Source: Macrostomum lignano (lineage: Eukaryota). Taken from it: DNA of 64,000 bases. Shown here piece after piece: positions 38,276-64,000 of this stretch. The DNA lies in assembly GCA_002269645.1 (NCBI GenBank), contig NIVC01001264.1:1-64000 (forward strand), in the 5' to 3' direction. Both the position numbers and the translations under genes were made by a program. Below the pieces are notes generated by a model. It searched no databases, was not told where the DNA came from, and saw nothing but the letters and a program-made list of their open reading frames with translations. Within the stretch, counting starts at the first letter, position 1; each line of letters begins with the position of its first letter.

Positions 38276-39894
38276 TTCGCGGTTTTTATTACAGCTAATC
38301 AGTATATCATAGTGGCAGCCTGAGGCAATTAGTAATGATGACAATGAGTAAAGACATGTAAAGACAAAAGTCATGATTCATAAATGTCTAGAAGTAAGTA
38401 AAGTGAATACAGTGTGGCCTATAGCTCAAGAATAATTTCACTTGCTAGACGATTTGGCATGGAAGATGAGAGCCCTGATTCAGATGGCTCATCAGATGCA
38501 GAATACAAATCCAGTAGAGATACAAGCTGTGAAACTACATAGTAAGTGTTTATTTCAACATTTTTTACTTTTTTTGCAAAATGCTATTATTTGTTTTTGG
38601 AATGAATTCTACCCTAGTAAAAATGTTGGGGACAATACTCAAAAAAGTATTATTTAAAAACAATACTCCAATACACATTCTAAAAAAGTATTGCTAATAC
38701 TTGAAAGTCTAATACCCAAACTTGAGTATCATTGATATCCCAATTCTGATACTTTATTCCAATACATGGTTTTTTAAAAGCAATGTCCAACAAGTATAGA
38801 TGCATAATTTAAGCTTATCAGACCTTTTCCTAAATATATAGGCAAAAAAGCAAGCAAGTTTTCTTCATTTGTTTTAAATAAAGAAACTTTCAATAAAACA
38901 AAAAAAGAAATCAAAAATAAAAAAACAATCATATTTGTCACTATAGTCAATTAGATAACTACATATGTACTAGCCACTATAGTCAATCTTCTTGACACCT
39001 ATTAGTATTATTATTTTTTAGTATAGCTTGGTGGTCTGTGATTGCTACATCTGTAGGCTTACAAATAAAATTATTATTATGATTACTATTAAGTAGGCCT
39101 AATGCAAATTAAGTATATACATTGTGTAAAAATAAAAATTCCTGCCCATTGTGGAAATTTATATCATACTAAGTTTTTAAAGAACACTAAAGCAGCTTCA
39201 TAAAATGAAATGATTGCCACCATTTTCAATGACTTTCTAGCATTGCTTGTGAAGACTGGTGATGCTATCTTTATAGAACTTTGCTGGTTTTGAGATGAAA
39301 AAGTTGTCTAGCCAAATATTGAGTTCATACTACTTATTTAATGATTTCTTAGCCTTTTTTTGATAGAGATAGAAGCAATTGATAATTGGATAATAAAAAA
39401 TCTAGTAAATAAGGTTGGTAGGATAAATTTTCCCAAGCAGCTTTTGCTAGATAACCCGCATAGCCATAGTACATGTTAGCTATGCATAGTAAAAAAACAG
39501 ATAAGATTTAGATTCATATGCATATCCCTAATCTTTGCTATCTAATTATCTAGCTACTAAAATACCTGTTGGTTGTAATTGTCATGTTTGGCATAGGCTT
39601 GGGCAAACATAATTCATTGTTTCTTTTAGTCAGAATTTTTATATAATAGTCTTGCTATGAAATTTGAAAATTTGAATTGGCTTATTAAATCAACTTTTAA
39701 TTTTTAATTAATCTTACAAATGGCATTATTTTGATAGCATTAAATAGCCAAATGACCAAATTTTCAAACATTTTTGATAAGAAATCCAAGTTATAACAAG
39801 TTAATTTATTTATTTTTATTAGAAACAGTGTTGTGTGCACTCTGGTTAATGTTTTTACAATTGGCAAGACCCTAACATTACTGCACATTCCATT

Positions 39895-40170
39895 GACTCT
39901 CCCATGAGCAGGCATACAAGCACAAGGATATGTGCATAGTCATACAAATAGGCACACTCACACAGGATTGTACAGTAGCCCTAACTTTATTTATTGCTAA
40001 GCATGTACACTTCACTGTGCCTGGGGGGTTGGCCTTCAAAGGCATTATTTGCACAATCAGAGCCAAGCCAAGATTCCAATTTAGCCCCAGATTAATGTGA
40101 CTGCATTTGGAATCGAGCCTGGGTGGCTGGCACACGAGAGCCCTGTGCTTGACCACTGGGCTATGGCCCC
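39895..40170 (-). mobile_element. tRNA-derived SINE (family B), full-length
   Basis: The minus strand starts GGGGCCATAGCCCAGTGGTCAAG (A box) and has GGCTCGATTCC (B box). The body is shared with 28281-28515. Confidence 0.8.
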
Positions 40171-40373
40171 ATTATCACGCATCAGTTTCACTTCATAGGT
40201 CCTATTGTTTTGGCAACTCAATTATGCCAATTATTGTTATGGATTAGTAGTGGTTAAAGTTTAGTTTTATTAAAAATTAAAGCACTGTAAGAACAAAATG
40301 TTAACAAATTGATGCTGCTGTCTGTTTTCTGTAACTCTGTTTAAATCAGACGGGACAGCCCAGACCTTAATAA

Positions 40374-41873
<1,500 letters not shown>

Positions 41874-43194
41874 ACCTGTTGCAACCAAAAAAACCCTTCA
41901 TGCCGCGTAAATTTGTTGACTAATTCTAAACGTATTCTTGCTATTACAATATTACTACACTTGTTGTCTCGTGTGTATTACATATATATTCTGGCTATTA
42001 ATTCTCTCGAACTGATAAGATTATTAGAATTCTGTATCCGTATATTTACACCACAGTTCATAACTCAAGCTACAGGTACACACGTGTTTGCCGGCTAAAA
42101 CTAAAGTAAATAAAAAATACATTACATTTGAAGTCTTTGAACCTTTTACTCCTCTTTTAATTACACGTTTAATGCATGTATTTACTTTTAACCAAGCCGC
42201 GGAATTGATTCTGATTTTAACCCGTACTTGATATCTATAGCACTATAATATTGTATTTATTTATAGAGGAGAATCGTGAATTTTTATTTCCGTAATTTTT
42301 TTATTATTGCTTTTAATCAGACACTGTAAAAGTTTAGCTGCGTAAATATGTATATTATTAATATTGCTTCGATTTATTCTGTATGCTGGGGTTTAGTTCA
42401 TTGATGATTTAGCTGTAAATTGTATCAATATGCTTTAAATGTTTAAATATACTTCATCCCTACTGCACTGACTCTCGCTATTCGGATCGAGGTGTAAACA
42501 CCGAATATTATATCTATGTAAATTCTTGTTTTTTCGTAGAAAGGATTTTTTATTACTCTCAGTTTTAGTTTACAATGACTGAAACAAAATTTTATAATCC
42601 AAATTTGACAAAAATATCGTTTAGTTCGCAAAATTTAATAATTGTTTCGGAAATTTCGTAACATGTTTTTCCCAATGCAAAAATAATTATCATCGAAGTA
42701 TCGAGGTGAACAATTTCATATAGAAATAAAGTTGCTCGTATTTATCAAGAAAATAGATGTAATGCTTGATCATTCATAAGCAGGTCAATGTAAAAATACC
42801 ATCCAATGTAAAAATATATAAAATTGGAGCAGCTTTTGTATCGCTTGCAAAACGTAGATATCACGGTGTTAGATAATGTAAACTTAAACAAAACGTAAAA
42901 GATGAGGAAAATATTTTTTAAAATTGTTTGCGTACAGTTATTACTTGTTTAATAATATAGTTTTTCTTGCAGTTAAAAATACATTGGTTAGTAAAAAGTT
43001 TATTATTTTCGGTTACGTTGACAATGTGGATTTTTATGTTGGCAATAGACTTAGATTTTTTATAACGTACAACCTAATCACGTCAATCGCAAGTGTCCAA
43101 CTTAGTAACTCAGCTCGCGAATGAGCAGCAAAGGTTGCTAAGTTACTCAAAGCTCGTAGAATCAGCTTTGCGAAGGAGATTATTTAACAGGATA

Positions 43195-49695
<6,501 letters not shown>

Positions 49696-49854
49696 GATAG
49701 GATTAATGAGATTGAGTGAGACAGCGAATGAATCAGGAGTGGAGAGGGGCCCTCTTGAGTTTTGAATTGTCCTTAAGAAACCTGATTGCAGGAGTTTTAT
49801 TTGAGCTTATGATATGAGAGACAGGCGAACATATATTTATCTCTGTTTATTTCA

Positions 49855-50285
49855 CAAGTAGTAGCACGTGACTGAGAGTCAAACCGTCAAAGAGCCAAAT
49901 CGTCACGTGACTGGTTCCGCTGTTTATCAGTAGCGGAGATTGGACCATCTAATGTACATACGTTGGCCGTTTAACCCTAAACGGAGCAAGAGCGAACATA
50001 TAACTGGTCTATTAATTTCACAAACGTAAGACTGAGAGGCAAATCGTCACGTGACTGGTTGATCTTATCGCTGTTTTATCAGTAGCAGCGATAGCGGAGA
50101 CTTTAGGCGTTTAACTCTAAACGGAATAAGAGCGACATTAAAACATTTATTATTTCCCAAGTAGTAGCAAGTGACTGAAAGGCAAATCGTCACGTGATTG
50201 GTTGGTTTATCTTCTCGCTGTTTTTATCAGTAGCGGAGATAGGACCATCTAATGTATATTAACATTGGCCGTTCAACCGCAAGCA
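49855..50285. repeat. Three degenerate ~145-bp units containing GTCACGTGA E-boxes
   Basis: CAAATCGTCACGTGA(C/T)TGGTT...CTGTTT(T)ATCAGTAGC at ~49897, ~50040 and ~50184. Confidence 0.7.
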
Positions 50286-51109
50286 AAGTACATGTAATGT
50301 ACATTTCATAGAATGTTTTTTGAACCGGCAAAAAATCATTGGCAATTTGGTTGATTTGATTGATAAAATTCTCCTTACCTTGTGAAATAATATGCTAAGA
50401 AATATTATGATTTATACGATATTATATGCGCCTCTCTACTTGATATCTTGATAGTAAATTTAAGCTTTCCTTTGTTTTTATTTAGATTATTTTAGTTTAA
50501 TATTATTGAAAATATTCTAATACTAGACATATGAACAACCTATAATAAAATTGAATGTATCTATTTAAGAATCTCACTCGTGCCTACGCACTTTATTTGC
50601 CCCAATTTTTGCATTCTGAAAACTTTTCTCTTTTAACCCGCTATCAGATGTTTATTACATGAAAGTGTAGATTTTATTCACTGAAATGAATCTTAAGAAT
50701 TTTTTGTTGTTTTGTTATTTGTAAGTCAAGCCTCTTTCTACAAATTTATTTTCGAGTCTTATGATTCAATGCCAGACATTACACAAAAAACTATTTGGTG
50801 AAATAGAAAAGTACATTCTGCTCTGTCAGAGTGAACATTGTCTATCTGAAGCTATAGAAGCTTTATGATATTAAAATAGACTTTCGTCTTTGCTATGATG
50901 AACCAACTCTTTAGTTTCTGGTCTTTGTACGTACGTAATTTACATTACATTTCTGCATGATCAGGGTATGAAGGACCCCCAGTCCTTCAGGAAGAGGACT
51001 AATGCCATAAAATTCATCAGGGACCTAGTGTCTGTTCAAAGGGAGGAGACTGATGCCAACCACATTTTCAGATAAGGCCTGGTGCCCTCCAGATCTTCAG
51101 AGACAAGGG

Positions 51110-51990
51110 ACTTATATCCTCCAGATCTTCAGGGTGGGGTCTAATAGCCCCAGATCTTCAGGGTGGGGGTCTAATAGCCCCAGATCTTCAGAGACAAGGT
51201 CTAATAGCCCCAGATCTTTAGTGACGGGGTCTAATAGCCCCAGATCTTCAGTGACGGGGTCTAATAGCCCCAGATCTTCAGTGACGGGGTCTAATAGCCC
51301 CAGATCATCAGTGACGGGGTCTAATAGCCCCAGATCTTCAGTGACGGGGTCTAATAGCCCCAGATCTTCAGTGACGGGGTCTAATAGCCCCAGATCTTCA
51401 GTGACGGGGTCTAATAGCCCCAGATCATCAGTGACGGGGTCTAATAGCCCCAGATCTTCAGTGACGGGGTCTAATAGCCCCAGATCTTCAGTGACGGGGT
51501 CTAATAGCCCCAGATCTTCAGTGACGGGGTCTAATAGCCCCAGATCATCAGTGACGGGGTCTAATACCCCAGATCTTCAGTGACGGGGTCTAATAGCCCC
51601 AGATCATCAGTGACGGGGTCTAATAGCCCCAGATCATCAGTGACGGGGTCTAATAGCCCCAGATCTTCAGTGACGGGGTCTAATAGCCCCAGATCATCAG
51701 TGACGGGGTCTAATAGCCCCAGATCTTCAGTGACGGGGTCTAATAGCCCCAGATCATCAGTGACGGGGTCTAATAGCCCCAGATCATCAGTGACGGGGTC
51801 TAATAGCCCCAGATCATCAGTGACGGGGTCTAATAGCCCCAGATCATCAGTGACGGGGTCTAATAGCCCCAGATCTTCAGGGAGGGATCGAACACCCCTA
51901 AATCTTCAGGGAGGGGTCTAAATACCCTCTAGATTTTCAGGGAGGGGACTGATGCCCTCTAGATCTTTAGAGAGGGGACTGATATCTTCC
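51110..51990. repeat. 30-bp minisatellite (~25 copies) with degenerate flanks
   Basis: Unit GTGACGGGGTCTAATAGCCCCAGATC(T/A)TCA. Confidence 0.96.
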
Positions 51991-52489
51991 AGAACTTTGG
52001 GGAGTGGACTGATACCTGAAGTGCTAATAAAAAAAGCTAAGGTAAAAGCAGTTACTATAAGAGATTATTTTAATCCAAATTTATACAAAAAAGCATGCTT
52101 GAATTTATGCGCATAGAATGCGCAAAAACACGCATTAGCCTACTATATAGGATGAGTAGCATATTAAAAGTGATTCATGCTTCAGCTTCTTATACAATAC
52201 AATTTGAATAACCAAAGTCCAAGTAAGACCAGACCAGACGCATTATTAGCATATGCAGCAGCTTAAATGCAGCATTACTACAAGTACTATAAAACGAGTA
52301 ACTTTCGCAAAATCGCAACACAATAAACGGAACAGAATCACGTGTACCTGAATTTTCCCCGCAAGCTCAAAATTTTACAAGTTCAGTGAGAATAAGGCAA
52401 ACTGCTTAAAAAAGTGCAGATTTTTTTAATAATTAGACAGATGGTGGATCTTGACACTGGGGAACTAGGATAGTGTGATTGGATGGAAG

Positions 52490-52780
52490 GATAGTTATGA
52501 GACTAGACTCGGAGGAGTATGAGATAGAGAGGGAGAGTATGAGAGTAGAGAGGGAGATTATGAGACTAGAGAGGGAGAGTATGAGAGTAGAGAGGGAGAA
52601 TATGAGATAGAGAGGGCGAGTATGAGAGTAGAGAGGGAGAGTATGAGATAGAGAGGGCGAGTATGAGAGTAGAGACGGGGAGAATGAGAGTAGACAGGGA
52701 TTAGAATGAGAGTAGAGAGGGAGAGTATGAGATAGATGGATTAGAGTCTAGAGAAGGACTACGAGAATGGAGAGGGAGTG
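52490..52780. repeat. Degenerate ~21-bp purine-rich repeat
   Basis: GTATGAGA(G)TAGAGAGGG(A/C)GA units. Confidence 0.8.
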
Positions 52781-52946
52781 TCTGATATGCTCAAGCCATA
52801 AAGGAGACAGGAAAGGGCATAGAGAGGACTCAGAGCATGGAGATACTCAAATTTCAACCATATGCTTCATGTGCCATTTATAGACTAGATGCACTTACAT
52901 TAAATAACAATAATATAAAAAGCACTGCATTGGGAACAGACATTCA

Positions 52947-63505
<10,559 letters not shown>

Positions 63506-63569
63506 CTGCGGTTTGGTAGATCGATTTTAAGGGACGCTATGTTGGTAGTGGGTAGATAAGTAGCCAGGT

Positions 63570-63945
63570 TTCTGTAGATTGGTAGGCAGATAGACAGGTA
63601 ATACAGGTAGATTGATACGCAGATAGATTGGTAATAAAATAAGATTGATGGGCAGATAGATATGCCTGTATACAGGTAGATTGATGAGTAGATAGATATG
63701 CTTGTATACAGGTAGATTGATGAGTAGATAGATAAGTATACAGGTAGATTGATGAGTAGATAGATAAGTATACAGGTAGATTGATGAGTAGATAGATAAG
63801 TATACAGGTAGATTGATGAGTAGATAGATAAGTATACAGGTAGATTGATGAGTAGATAGATAAGTATACAGGTAGATTGATGAGTAGATAGATAAGTATA
63901 CAGGTAGATTGATGAGTAGATAGATGGGCAGATAGACAGATGTTA
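63570..63945. repeat. 32-bp minisatellite in a GTF3C1 intron
   Basis: Unit ACAGGTAGATTGATGAGTAGATAGATAAGTAT. Confidence 0.92.
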
Positions 63946-64000
63946 TATCGATGCGCAGATATTCGCAGATGCTTCAATCTACAGAAAGAGAACAGCCAGC

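Overview
Eukaryotic (invertebrate animal) genomic DNA. The GC-rich Gln/Ala-rich exons and minisatellite-filled introns resemble a Macrostomum-type flatworm; this is inference, not a database result. Five host genes were reconstructed by hand with GT-AG junctions and consistent reading phases: (1) cytoplasmic poly(A)-binding protein PABPC (+, 6 exons, 9458-23701, ~727 aa); (2) an intronless secreted C-type lectin + PAN/apple protein (+, 27375-28106); (3) a UBE2D/UBC4-5 ubiquitin-conjugating enzyme (+, 2 exons, 40383-41873); (4) a 9-exon, ~639-aa type I membrane protein with an unusual architecture: signal peptide, Tyr/Arg/Ser-rich region, CUB, CUB, Shisa-like Cys domain, TM, PPxY tail (+, 43195-49695); (5) the 3' eight exons of a TFIIIC large subunit, GTF3C1 (-, 52947-63505; its 5' part lies beyond the window). 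The rest is transposons and tandem repeats. These include a near-intact 4.35-kb Gypsy with identical LTRs inside a GTF3C1 intron, a truncated Gypsy joined head-to-head to a DIRS/Ngaro RT fragment, RTE and I-group LINE fragments, two tRNA-SINE families, hAT, mariner and other MITEs with target-site duplications, a ~1.3-kb foldback, a piggyBac relic, and more than 20 mini/microsatellite arrays. Most long ORFs in the six-frame track are repeat or antisense artefacts. No CRISPR, rRNA or intact tRNA gene was found.
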